A DNA stretch of 32,968 nucleotides from Sulfurimonadaceae bacterium (GTDB taxonomy: Bacteria > Campylobacterota > Campylobacteria > Campylobacterales > Sulfurimonadaceae). A model generated the notes under the pieces. That model was given only the letters and a program-made list of their open reading frames with translations, was not told the DNA's origin and searched no databases. The stretch is from contig JBFEXS010000014.1 in assembly GCA_041562555.1 (NCBI GenBank), positions 1-32,968 of the forward strand, given 5' to 3'. This document shows, piece by piece, positions 1 to 8,711 of the stretch (position 1 is the stretch's first letter; every line of letters starts with the position of its first letter). A program made the translations under genes and the position numbers.

Positions 1-1
1 T

Positions 2-646
2 AAGCTCCTTAACGAAGAGTTTAAAGAAGAGATGAATACCGGTAGACTCGAACTTCGCTGTGGCGATGTGCTTGAGCACTGGAAGGCTAATTTATTAGAG
101 AGTAATTACGATTTAGTGGCAAATCTGCCCTACTATATCGCGACGAATATCATATTAAAAGCATTGGCCGACCCTCATTGTGAATCTTTACTCGTTATGG
201 TTCAGCGCGAGGTCGCAGAGAAGTTCTCTGCCCAGCCTGGCGACAAAGACTTTGGTGCTCTTTCTGTCATAACCCAGACAGTTGGAAGTGCCGGCATTGT
301 TATAGAAGTACCGCCAGAGGCGTTTAACCCACCACCGAAGATCCATTCGGCTGTGTTGAAGATCGTTAAACGTGAGAGTCGTAGTACGGATACTGGTTTT
401 GAAGATATGTTGCGCGTGGCTTTTGCTCAGCCGCGTAAGACACTGCTCAAAAATCTTTCTGCCATCTATAACAAAGAAGAAGTCAGTAATGCTTTGGAGG
501 CTATGAGCCTGTCTCCCACAATTCGTCCGCATCAAACAACAACGGCTAATTATCACCAACTCTATAAGATACTACCAAGGAGTTTGGATGGAAGAAAACA
601 ACATAAGCGCGACAGAGAGTCGTCCACAAAGCGAAAACAAAACTAA
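2..646 (+). CDS. rsmA: 16S rRNA adenine dimethyltransferase RsmA/KsgA, 5'-truncated by the window edge
   Basis: Frame is open from position 2 (KLLNEEFKEEM...). Motifs VANLPYYI, MVQREVAE and FNPPPKIHSAV, plus AFAQPRKTL, are typical of KsgA. Confidence 0.93.
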   Translation, partial: KLLNEEFKEEMNTGRLELRCGDVLEHWKANLLESNYDLVANLPYYIATNIILKALADPHCESLLVMVQREVAEKFSAQPGDKDFGALSVITQTVGSAGIVIEVPPEAFNPPPKIHSAVLKIVKRESRSTDTGFEDMLRVAFAQPRKTLLKNLSAIYNKEEVSNALEAMSLSPTIRPHQTTTANYHQLYKILPRSLDGRKQHKRDRESSTKRKQN

Positions 647-2645
647 TAATCGTCGACAAGGAAACAGAAACCGTCGTCCAAATGGCAATAGAAAGCCAAG
701 AGAGAATAATGTAGATGGAAATGTTCAGCCTAAAGAGGTCGATGGCAATAAAGTTGAAGGCACTAACCAAGGCGGCAATCGTCAGGGTGGAAGCCGCAGC
801 AATCAAAACCGTCAGGGTGCTAACCGCCAAGGCGCTAATCGTCAGAGTGGCGGAAACAAAAATCGTTACCGTCGCGGGTTCAACCCGGGCGGAGTACAAT
901 CGGACAAGGCGCTCAAAGAGTGTGTGATCAGAAACCAGGAAGTTCATAAAGAGCGTCTAAACCCTCATCATAAACTGGACCTTAATACAAAGGCAAAAGT
1001 GCGTATTACGCCACTTGGCGGTTTGAATGAGATCGGCGGAAACATTACGGTGATCGAAACAGAGAACGAAGCGATTCTGGTTGATATCGGGATGTCATTC
1101 CCGGATGAAGAGATGCACGGTGTTGATATCCTGGTACCGGACTTCTCGTATTTACGTGAGATCAAAGACAAGATCGTCGCTGTAATCATTACACACGCCC
1201 ATGAAGACCACATCGGTGCAGTCCCGTATTTTTATAAAGAGATGCAGTATCCTATCTATGGAACGGCATTCCCATTGGCGATGATCGCAAACAAATTTGA
1301 TGAACATCATATTAAGCAATATAAATCTTTCTTCCGCCCAATCGAGAAGCGTAAGGTCTATAAGATAGGAAATGATTTTGAGATCGAGTGGATGCATATG
1401 ACCCACTCAATTATTGATTCTTCTTCTCTGGCGATCACAACGGAAGCAGGAACGGTTATCCATACGGGTGACTTTAAAATAGATCATACTCCTGTAGATG
1501 GGTATCCTACGGATATTCATCGTTTGGCACATTACGGCGAGAAGGGTGTTCTATGTCTTCTTTCAGATTCAACAAACTCCTATAACCCAGGCTCAACACC
1601 ATCTGAGTTGTCTGTAGCACCGGGTCTAGACAGGTTGTTCGCAAAGGCTGAAGGGCGTGTTATCCTTTCAACGTTTAGTTCGAATATCCACCGATTGCAG
1701 CAGGCGATCGCATATGCTACAAAGTACAACAGAAAGATCTGTGTCATCGGACGATCTATGGAACGTAACCTTGAAGTGGCACTGGCTTACGATTATATCC
1801 GCTTTGATAAGAGGATCTTTGTCGATCCGGATGATGTCAGCCGTATGGAAGATAAGCAGGTAATGATCATTACAACAGGTTCACAGGGTGAACCGAGTTC
1901 AGCACTCTTTAGAATGGCAACAGGTGAACACAGACACATCAAGATCAAACCGACGGATACAATCGTGCTTTCATCACGTGCAATCCCGGGTAATGAAGGC
2001 TCTATATCAGGAATGCTTAACCACCTTCAGCGTGCAGGTGCAAGAGTGGAGCAGGCAAGGGATATTCACGTCTCCGGGCATGCCGCGCAAGAAGAACAAA
2101 AACTGATGCTACGCCTTACGAATCCGAAATTCTTCTTACCGATCCACGGTGAGTTCAATCATACGATGAAGCACAGAGAGACAGGTATGCAGTGTGGTGT
2201 TCCTGAACGCAATATCCTGATCATGGGTGACGGAGAGACGATCGAAGTCAGTCCTAAGTATATGCGCAAGGTTAAAAAAGTACGTTCAGGTAAAACCTAT
2301 ATCGATAACCAGAACAATCATCAGATTGCGGATGATATCGTTATTGACAGACAAAAACTTGCCAATGAAGGTATCGTAATGATCGTAGCACAGGTAAACG
2401 AAGCAGACTCAGGTCTGATCACGAAACCTCGTGTCACTTCATTTGGTCTGGTCGCAGATAAAAATGACAAAGCTTTTGCAAAAGAGATGGAGGATGTCTT
2501 AGAACATTTCCTTCTGAACTTGAAGCCGGGGCTTATTGAAAACCAGAGAGCTTTGGAAAATGACCTGCGTCAAGTAGTGCGCAAACACATTTATCGCAAG
2601 ATGAAGAAATATCCACTTATTGTTCCGACCGTATTTGTGATGTAA
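588..2645 (+). CDS. rnj: Ribonuclease J with a long low-complexity N-terminal extension
   Basis: PLGGLNEIGGN, metallo-beta-lactamase motif THAHEDHIG, HTGDFK, HVSGHA and PIHGE. SD AAGGAG lies upstream, inside rsmA. Confidence 0.96.
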   Translation: MEENNISATESRPQSENKTNNRRQGNRNRRPNGNRKPRENNVDGNVQPKEVDGNKVEGTNQGGNRQGGSRSNQNRQGANRQGANRQSGGNKNRYRRGFNPGGVQSDKALKECVIRNQEVHKERLNPHHKLDLNTKAKVRITPLGGLNEIGGNITVIETENEAILVDIGMSFPDEEMHGVDILVPDFSYLREIKDKIVAVIITHAHEDHIGAVPYFYKEMQYPIYGTAFPLAMIANKFDEHHIKQYKSFFRPIEKRKVYKIGNDFEIEWMHMTHSIIDSSSLAITTEAGTVIHTGDFKIDHTPVDGYPTDIHRLAHYGEKGVLCLLSDSTNSYNPGSTPSELSVAPGLDRLFAKAEGRVILSTFSSNIHRLQQAIAYATKYNRKICVIGRSMERNLEVALAYDYIRFDKRIFVDPDDVSRMEDKQVMIITTGSQGEPSSALFRMATGEHRHIKIKPTDTIVLSSRAIPGNEGSISGMLNHLQRAGARVEQARDIHVSGHAAQEEQKLMLRLTNPKFFLPIHGEFNHTMKHRETGMQCGVPERNILIMGDGETIEVSPKYMRKVKKVRSGKTYIDNQNNHQIADDIVIDRQKLANEGIVMIVAQVNEADSGLITKPRVTSFGLVADKNDKAFAKEMEDVLEHFLLNLKPGLIENQRALENDLRQVVRKHIYRKMKKYPLIVPTVFVM
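807..851 (+). repeat. Three degenerate 15-bp tandem units encoding NRQGA-NRQGA-NRQSG in the rnj N-terminus
   Basis: aaccgtcagggtgct / aaccgccaaggcgct / aatcgtcagagtggc. A further NRQGG copy is at 777-791. Confidence 0.8.
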
Positions 2646-2668
2646 GTTAGCCTTCGGGCTTATCTTAC
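2642..2668 (+). terminator. Hairpin with a C(UUCG)G tetraloop overlapping the rnj stop; possible terminator or 3' stabiliser
   Basis: GTAAG-TTAGCC-TTCG-GGCT-TAT-CTTAC. No U-tract follows immediately. Confidence 0.45.
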
Positions 2669-2773
2669 CGGCACACTCTTTTACAATTCCCCAATTCCAA
2701 TCAGTATAGATTATTATTTTAACGATGCCTTTGATATCAATATGTTATACAAAGCGATACATCAGTCCTATTG

Positions 2774-2782
2774 TGATAGAAT
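2774..2782 (+). promoter_or_regulatory. Extended -10 promoter (TGaTAGAAT) for kdsD
   Basis: Matches TGnTAnAAT and ends 6 nt before the ATG at 2789. Confidence 0.55.
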
Positions 2783-2788
2783 CATCGT

Positions 2789-3766
2789 ATGAAAAATAGA
2801 CGCCATGATTATATCGCTATAGCCAAAGAGACACTACAAATTGAAGCGGATGCTTTATTGGACGCGCAGGAGCGCCTTTCTGACGAGATCAACGAAGCAG
2901 TAGAGTGCTTACTGCAGTGCCGGGGTAAGTTGATCATAACCGGTGTGGGGAAATCCGGTCTCATCGGAGCTAAGATGGCAGCCACGTTTGCCTCCACGGG
3001 AACGCCGAGTTTCTTCTTGCACCCGACGGAAGCGCTACATGGTGATCTGGGTATGATAGGATCGGAAGACGTGGTCCTGGCGATCTCATACAGCGGAGAG
3101 AGCGGTGAATTGTCCGCAATCCTGCCTCATATCAAACGATTTGATATCCCTCTGATCGGGATGACACGTAATACACAATCTACCTTGGGAAAATTCGCCG
3201 ACATTGTCTTAGGAATTGAGATTGCCAAAGAGGCATGTCCGCTTGGTATTGCACCAACTTCTTCAACTACTCTGACGTTGGCGCTTGGAGATGCATTGGC
3301 AATCTGTATGATGCATGCACGGGATTTCCAAAAAGAGGATTTTGCATCCTTTCATCCGGGCGGTTCTCTTGGCCGACAGTTGTTTGTCAAAGTATCTGAC
3401 TTGATGCGCAAGGATGATCTTCCGTGTGTGAATCTTGACACACCGGTCAAAGAGGCCATTTTAAAGATAAGCGAAGGGCGTTTAGGGACAGCACTTTTGG
3501 TCGATACCGATCACAGACTTGTAGGGCTTGTCTCTGACGGTGATATCCGTAGAGCCCTGATGCAGGAAAATTTCTCTTTGGATGAGAAGATCTCTGCGTA
3601 TGCGACGATGGATCCGATGACGATCAAAGATGAAAACATGTTGGCATCGGATGCCTTAGTGCTCATTGAGCAAAAGAAGATACAACTGATGGTTGTAACG
3701 GATGAAAACAGTAGAGTTAAGGGTGTCTTGCATATTCATAAACTCATAGAAGAGGGAATAAAATAA
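2789..3766 (+). CDS. kdsD: KpsF/GutQ/KdsD family arabinose-5-phosphate isomerase (SIS + 2 CBS)
   Basis: TGVGKSG, HPTEALHGDLG, APTSSTT, FHPGGSLG and a CBS pair (SDGDIRR). Confidence 0.92.
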   Translation: MKNRRHDYIAIAKETLQIEADALLDAQERLSDEINEAVECLLQCRGKLIITGVGKSGLIGAKMAATFASTGTPSFFLHPTEALHGDLGMIGSEDVVLAISYSGESGELSAILPHIKRFDIPLIGMTRNTQSTLGKFADIVLGIEIAKEACPLGIAPTSSTTLTLALGDALAICMMHARDFQKEDFASFHPGGSLGRQLFVKVSDLMRKDDLPCVNLDTPVKEAILKISEGRLGTALLVDTDHRLVGLVSDGDIRRALMQENFSLDEKISAYATMDPMTIKDENMLASDALVLIEQKKIQLMVVTDENSRVKGVLHIHKLIEEGIK

Positions 3767-4713
3767 TGATGCGACTCAATAAGTTCATCGCACACTACTC
3801 TACCTACTCACGTAGAGAGGCAGATAAGGCAGTGTTTGACGGTGCGGTGAAGATTGGTGGCAAGGTGGAAACGAACCCTGCAACACAGGTAGATGAGCAT
3901 CGTGCCGAGGTCTATGTACATGGGAAGAAAGTCTCTCCAAAAGACATCATAACCGTGATCGCTTATAATAAGCGAAAAGGTGAGCTTGTGACCAAGAAAG
4001 ATCCCCGTGGAAGAAGGATCATCTATGATACCCTGGATCATAAGTTTAGACACTTTATACCGGTAGGGCGTTTGGACTTTGCGACGGAAGGACTGCTTCT
4101 TTTGACGGACTCATCTGTCGTCGCGACGGTATTGATGAACTCTGATCTGGAACGTATTTACAAGGTCAAGATCAAGGGTCCTGTCACGGAAGCTATGGAA
4201 GAGGCGATGAAAAAGGGGTTGGAGCTCGAAGATGCTTCAGCAGGAGGACATGAACACTCTGAGGTGACTTCGATGACCTTCGCACCTTTTGCGGGATATC
4301 GTGTTGAGAAGAACAGTGAGAAGTTCTCTATTCTGAAAGTAGGAATTACAGAGGGTAAAAACCGTGAATTACGTCGGTTTTTTGCCCATTTTGGAGCTGA
4401 GGTGGCAGACCTTAAACGTCTCTCCTACGGAGGTATTGAACTGAACAATCTCCCCGATGGGAAGAGCCGTTATCTTACACGAAGCGAGTATACCTCCGTT
4501 CGTGATTATGTCGATCAGCAGACGAAGACACAGAGCCAGCGTGATAATTTTAAGAAACGTCAAGAAGAGAAGGCTCAGAAAGAGAAGGCTCAGGCTGAAT
4601 CAGATAATGAAAAACTCAATGCGATGGAAGAGGATAAAGAGAAACGCAAACGTATCAATAAGGTAAAGAATAGACTTCAAAACATACTAAAGGATGACAA
4701 AGACTATGACTAA
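3766..4713 (+). CDS. rluB: RsuA/RluB-family rRNA pseudouridine synthase with S4 domain and charged C-terminal tail
   Basis: S4 start MRLNKFIA..SRREAD, catalytic GRLD, GLLLLT and EGKNRELRR. Confidence 0.85.
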   Translation: MMRLNKFIAHYSTYSRREADKAVFDGAVKIGGKVETNPATQVDEHRAEVYVHGKKVSPKDIITVIAYNKRKGELVTKKDPRGRRIIYDTLDHKFRHFIPVGRLDFATEGLLLLTDSSVVATVLMNSDLERIYKVKIKGPVTEAMEEAMKKGLELEDASAGGHEHSEVTSMTFAPFAGYRVEKNSEKFSILKVGITEGKNRELRRFFAHFGAEVADLKRLSYGGIELNNLPDGKSRYLTRSEYTSVRDYVDQQTKTQSQRDNFKKRQEEKAQKEKAQAESDNEKLNAMEEDKEKRKRINKVKNRLQNILKDDKDYD

Positions 4714-5101
4714 ACTTCAACTTCAAACTGCACATACGACACAGATGATCAATATTACTAAAGAGGTCAAAGAAGCCGTTATCACTTCCGGTGTAAAAGA
4801 GGGGATAGTAGTCGTATTTACCCCACATACCACAGCATCAGTAGTCCTTTTTGAGAATGTCGACCAAAACCTGCGACGTGATTATTTAAAGCTTTTAAAG
4901 ACGTACGTTTCTACACAGGAGTATTCCCACAAGGGCGGAAATGCTGCCGGTCATCTTAAAGCAGCTATGACGGGAGCTTCTGTGAGTATCCCCGTTGTAG
5001 ACGGTCATCCACTTTTTGGTGAATGGCAAGGAGCCTTTTTCTGTGAGTTTGACGGTCCTCGCGAGCAAAGGGATGTTATTATCAAAGTAATCAACGGCTG
5101 A
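4694..5101 (+). CDS. yjbQ: YjbQ/UPF0047 family protein (alternative start 4706)
   Basis: PHTTAS, NAAGHLKA and GEWQGAFFCEFDGPR are UPF0047 signatures. Confidence 0.88.
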   Translation: MTKTMTKLQLQTAHTTQMINITKEVKEAVITSGVKEGIVVVFTPHTTASVVLFENVDQNLRRDYLKLLKTYVSTQEYSHKGGNAAGHLKAAMTGASVSIPVVDGHPLFGEWQGAFFCEFDGPREQRDVIIKVING

Positions 5102-5114
5102 TACAGATATAGAC

Positions 5115-6293
5115 GTGGCTGACTTTACTTATCTTCTTCGTCCAAAAGTCTTTGATGACTTTGTCGGACAGGCACATATAGCCTCACAAGACTCTCCTCT
5201 ACGACAACTCTTGAAAAATGCGCAGATGCCCCATGCTTTTTTTTACGGTCCTCCCGGTTGCGGTAAAACGACGTTGGCACGCATTATTGCCAATGAGATG
5301 GATTCCCCGTTTTATGAGTTTAATGCCACTTCGTTAAAGATCGATCAGTTGCGAAGAATATTCACACAATATGAAAATGCATTGCAAAAACCGTTGATTT
5401 TTATTGATGAGGTTCACCGTTTGGCAAAAAACCAGCAAGAGGTATTATTGCCGGTGATGGAGAACAATCTGGTCATTGTTATCGGTGCCTCGACAGAAAA
5501 CCCCTATTTCTCTTTGACGGCAGCCATGCGTTCACGATCGATGCTTTTTGAGTTAAAAGCGCATAGCGATGAAGACTTAAAAGAACTTGCTAAACGGGCA
5601 TGTGACAGGGAACAGCTGAATCTGGAAACGGAGGCAATGCGTTATCTTGTTGTCTCAAGTAACGGGGATGCCAGAGCGATGTTAAAGCTTTTGGAGTTTG
5701 TTTCCGTAGGAAAGAAAGATATCTCACTCGATGATCTGAAAGCTTTACGCCCTTATTCACTCAATGACGGCACGGGAGAGGCTTCGGTGCATTATGATCT
5801 GATATCAGCGATGATCAAGTCCATACGCGGTTCTGATCCGGATGCAGCAGTCTACTATCTTGCACGATTGATCGAAGGAGGGGAGAATCCCGCATTTATT
5901 GCAAGACGGCTGGTGATCTTGGCTTCAGAAGACATTGGTAATGCCAATCCTCAAGCCTTGACTTTGTGTACCTCGGCTATGACCTCCGTGGCACAGATCG
6001 GTTATCCCGAAGCACGTATTATCCTTTCTCAAGCCGTCATCTATCTTTGTGCCTCACCAAAGTCGAACTCAGCCTACAATGCTATCAACCAGGCTCAAGC
6101 GGCAATTAGAGCAGGAGAGATACTGGATATTCCCAAAACTATTCAGCAGCAAAACGAGGGTTATCTATATCCTCATGATTTTGGAGGATGGGTCAAGCAG
6201 CAATATTTGAGTAAAGACCTGAAGTTCGTTGAATTCAAACCTATCGGGTATGAACAGAAGATGGGAGAGTGGCTCGGGAAGATCCGCCAATAG
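5115..6293 (+). CDS. rarA: Replication-associated recombination protein A (RarA/MgsA AAA+ ATPase)
   Basis: Walker A GPPGCGKT, Walker B IFIDEVHR, ASTENP, KSIRGSDPDAA, ASEDIGNA and YLYPHD. GTG start. Confidence 0.95.
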   Translation: MADFTYLLRPKVFDDFVGQAHIASQDSPLRQLLKNAQMPHAFFYGPPGCGKTTLARIIANEMDSPFYEFNATSLKIDQLRRIFTQYENALQKPLIFIDEVHRLAKNQQEVLLPVMENNLVIVIGASTENPYFSLTAAMRSRSMLFELKAHSDEDLKELAKRACDREQLNLETEAMRYLVVSSNGDARAMLKLLEFVSVGKKDISLDDLKALRPYSLNDGTGEASVHYDLISAMIKSIRGSDPDAAVYYLARLIEGGENPAFIARRLVILASEDIGNANPQALTLCTSAMTSVAQIGYPEARIILSQAVIYLCASPKSNSAYNAINQAQAAIRAGEILDIPKTIQQQNEGYLYPHDFGGWVKQQYLSKDLKFVEFKPIGYEQKMGEWLGKIRQ

Positions 6294-6307
6294 TACTTTC
6301 TTATTTA

Positions 6308-6316
6308 TGCTAAAAT
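6308..6316 (+). promoter_or_regulatory. Extended -10 promoter (TGcTAAAAT) for the HD-GYP gene
   Basis: Consensus match ~30 nt upstream of the ATG, with SD AAGGA in between. Confidence 0.55.
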
Positions 6317-6346
6317 GGGTCTTATTGTCTTTATAAGGATATAGCC

Positions 6347-8707
6347 ATGACTTATCGCAAGGTCTCGATCCGTATCAATATCCTCACCAATTTTCTTATT
6401 TTGATCGGCATAATCTCTGTATCCTTGCTAGGATTAGAATACTATTTCAGTCAAAAACTGAGTCTTTCCGCTACTCAACAGACATTTACCAAACTTGCCC
6501 AGAACGTTACGCAGCTTTTTCAATCAAAAGATGAAAATGTCAAGAACATGCTCTATCTAAGTGAGCACTATAGCGATCTTCTTTTTTCTGCCAATGCCAA
6601 GGAGCATCAGGTGACCTTTGAGCGGTTTGCCTATCATATGAAGCGCAGACCTGCTATATATGCGATGTATATGGGATATGAAAACGGGGATATGTATGAG
6701 GTGATCAACATGCATGTCAGTAAGGACCTATATGTGCATTATAAAGCTCCCGAACAGACACGATGGATAGTATTAAAGATCTTTGGTGCAGAGACAAACA
6801 GGATAAAGTTTTTAGAATATTACGATAAAGAGTTCAGGTTGTTAAACAAGTCGTCTGAACCTTCCGACTATAAGGTTACTACCCGTCCATGGTACATAGA
6901 AGCTATTCAAAGCGATAAGGCTATACGGACAGACCCCTATCTTTATAGTAATCTTCAGCAGATGGGGATTACCTATTCAAAGCAGGTACATGACTCTAAG
7001 GCGGTATTGGCGATCGACTTTACCTTAGATGAATTGACCTCGATATTGAAGCAACATAAAATGGACCCAAGTAATACGATATCGATGTTTACTAAGGACA
7101 TAGGTATTGTTGTATCAACAGATGAGAATCAAGACAATCTCAAAGATAAACTGTTTAACAAAGTCCTTTTAGAAGACAATGTCGGCAAGTTGGTACAATA
7201 TGAAGAGAAAGAAATAGCAAAATTTGCCATGCTTAGCCCAATCTCCCAAGAGGCAGATGAAGATACCTATATCGGTATCACATTAAACACGGATGTTATG
7301 CTGGACCCCTATATGCAGCAGGTCTACTATTCTCTCGTCATTGCTTTCGTTTTCTTGATCTTGTCCATTCCTTTGATCTTGTATACAACAGCACGTATCG
7401 TCAGACCGGTAAAGAGTCTGATGGAGCAAAATGAAAAAGTGGAGCTACGAGCCTTTGATGAGGTAAAACATATTGGTACACATATAACAGAGTTGGCAGA
7501 ACTATCGGATTCACTGGTCTCTATGGCCAAAAGCATACAGTCTTATCAAAGAGCACAAGCAGAATTGATGGACTCCTTTATCGAATTGATCGCGGATGCG
7601 ATTGATGCAAAATCTCACTATACTGGTGGACATTGTCAGCGTGTTCCTGAGATCGCTATGATGCTTGCAAAGAGCGCTGAAGAGTCCAAGGAAGGAGCGT
7701 TTAAAGATTTCCGTTTCAAGAATGAGGATGCATGGAGAGAATTTAAGATCGGTGCATGGTTGCACGATTGCGGGAAGATAACGACACCTGAGTATGTAGT
7801 AGATAAGGCAACAAAACTAGAGACGATCTATAATCGTATACACGAGATACGGACACGCTTTGAAGTGATCTGGCGCGATATAGAGATAGAAGGGTATGAA
7901 CGTCGTTTGCAGGGTGATTCAAAAGAAGATGTTGAGGCCTGGAAAGAAAATGAGCACAGCGTGCTTCTGGATGAGTTTAACTTTATCGCAGAGTGTAATA
8001 TCGGTGGGGAGTTTATGAGTGAAGAGAAACAGGAACGGGTTAAAGATATTGCCAAACGCAGATGGCAAGCTCATTTTGACAAACGTGCAGGTCTATCTGA
8101 TCTTGAACTGATGCGTTATGTGGATCAAGATGACACGCAAGAGTATTTACTGCACGACAGTAGTGAACATGTCATCAAGCGGGAACATTTTGATCAAGAG
8201 GGATATGAGAAGGATGGCTTTAAACTAGAAGTGCCTCAAAAACTTTATGATTATGGGGAGGTCTATAATCTATGTATACAAAAAGGTACACTGAGTCATG
8301 AGGAACGTTTTAAGATACAAGAGCACGTGATCATGACGATTAAGATGCTTGAAAAGCTTCCCTATCCTGAGGGAATGGAGAATATCCCTGAATATGCGGG
8401 AACCCATCATGAGACGATGATTGGGACGGGGTATCCAAAAGGACTTAGCAGAGATGACTTGTCCATTCCTGCACGTATTATGGCTTTGGCAGATATATTT
8501 GAAGCGTTGACGGCTTCTGACCGTCCGTATAAAAAAGGCAAGACACTCAGCGAAGCGCTCAAGATCATGAGTTTTATGAAAAAGGATGAGGATATCGACG
8601 CTGATGTCTTTGAGCTTTTCTTACGCTCAGGTGTGTATCTTGAGTATGCGAAGATGTATCTCAAGCCTGAGCAGATCGATGAGGTGGATATCGAGACCTA
8701 TCTTTAA
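6347..8707 (+). CDS. Membrane-anchored HD-GYP cyclic-dinucleotide phosphodiesterase (periplasmic Cache-like domain, HAMP, HD-GYP)
   Basis: Two TM helices flank a Cache-type region (TRPWY, DPYLY). Catalytic part has YTGGHCQRV, LHDCGK, HHETMIGTGYP and ADIFEALTASDRPYK. Confidence 0.9.
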   Translation: MTYRKVSIRINILTNFLILIGIISVSLLGLEYYFSQKLSLSATQQTFTKLAQNVTQLFQSKDENVKNMLYLSEHYSDLLFSANAKEHQVTFERFAYHMKRRPAIYAMYMGYENGDMYEVINMHVSKDLYVHYKAPEQTRWIVLKIFGAETNRIKFLEYYDKEFRLLNKSSEPSDYKVTTRPWYIEAIQSDKAIRTDPYLYSNLQQMGITYSKQVHDSKAVLAIDFTLDELTSILKQHKMDPSNTISMFTKDIGIVVSTDENQDNLKDKLFNKVLLEDNVGKLVQYEEKEIAKFAMLSPISQEADEDTYIGITLNTDVMLDPYMQQVYYSLVIAFVFLILSIPLILYTTARIVRPVKSLMEQNEKVELRAFDEVKHIGTHITELAELSDSLVSMAKSIQSYQRAQAELMDSFIELIADAIDAKSHYTGGHCQRVPEIAMMLAKSAEESKEGAFKDFRFKNEDAWREFKIGAWLHDCGKITTPEYVVDKATKLETIYNRIHEIRTRFEVIWRDIEIEGYERRLQGDSKEDVEAWKENEHSVLLDEFNFIAECNIGGEFMSEEKQERVKDIAKRRWQAHFDKRAGLSDLELMRYVDQDDTQEYLLHDSSEHVIKREHFDQEGYEKDGFKLEVPQKLYDYGEVYNLCIQKGTLSHEERFKIQEHVIMTIKMLEKLPYPEGMENIPEYAGTHHETMIGTGYPKGLSRDDLSIPARIMALADIFEALTASDRPYKKGKTLSEALKIMSFMKKDEDIDADVFELFLRSGVYLEYAKMYLKPEQIDEVDIETYL

Positions 8708-8711
8708 AAGG

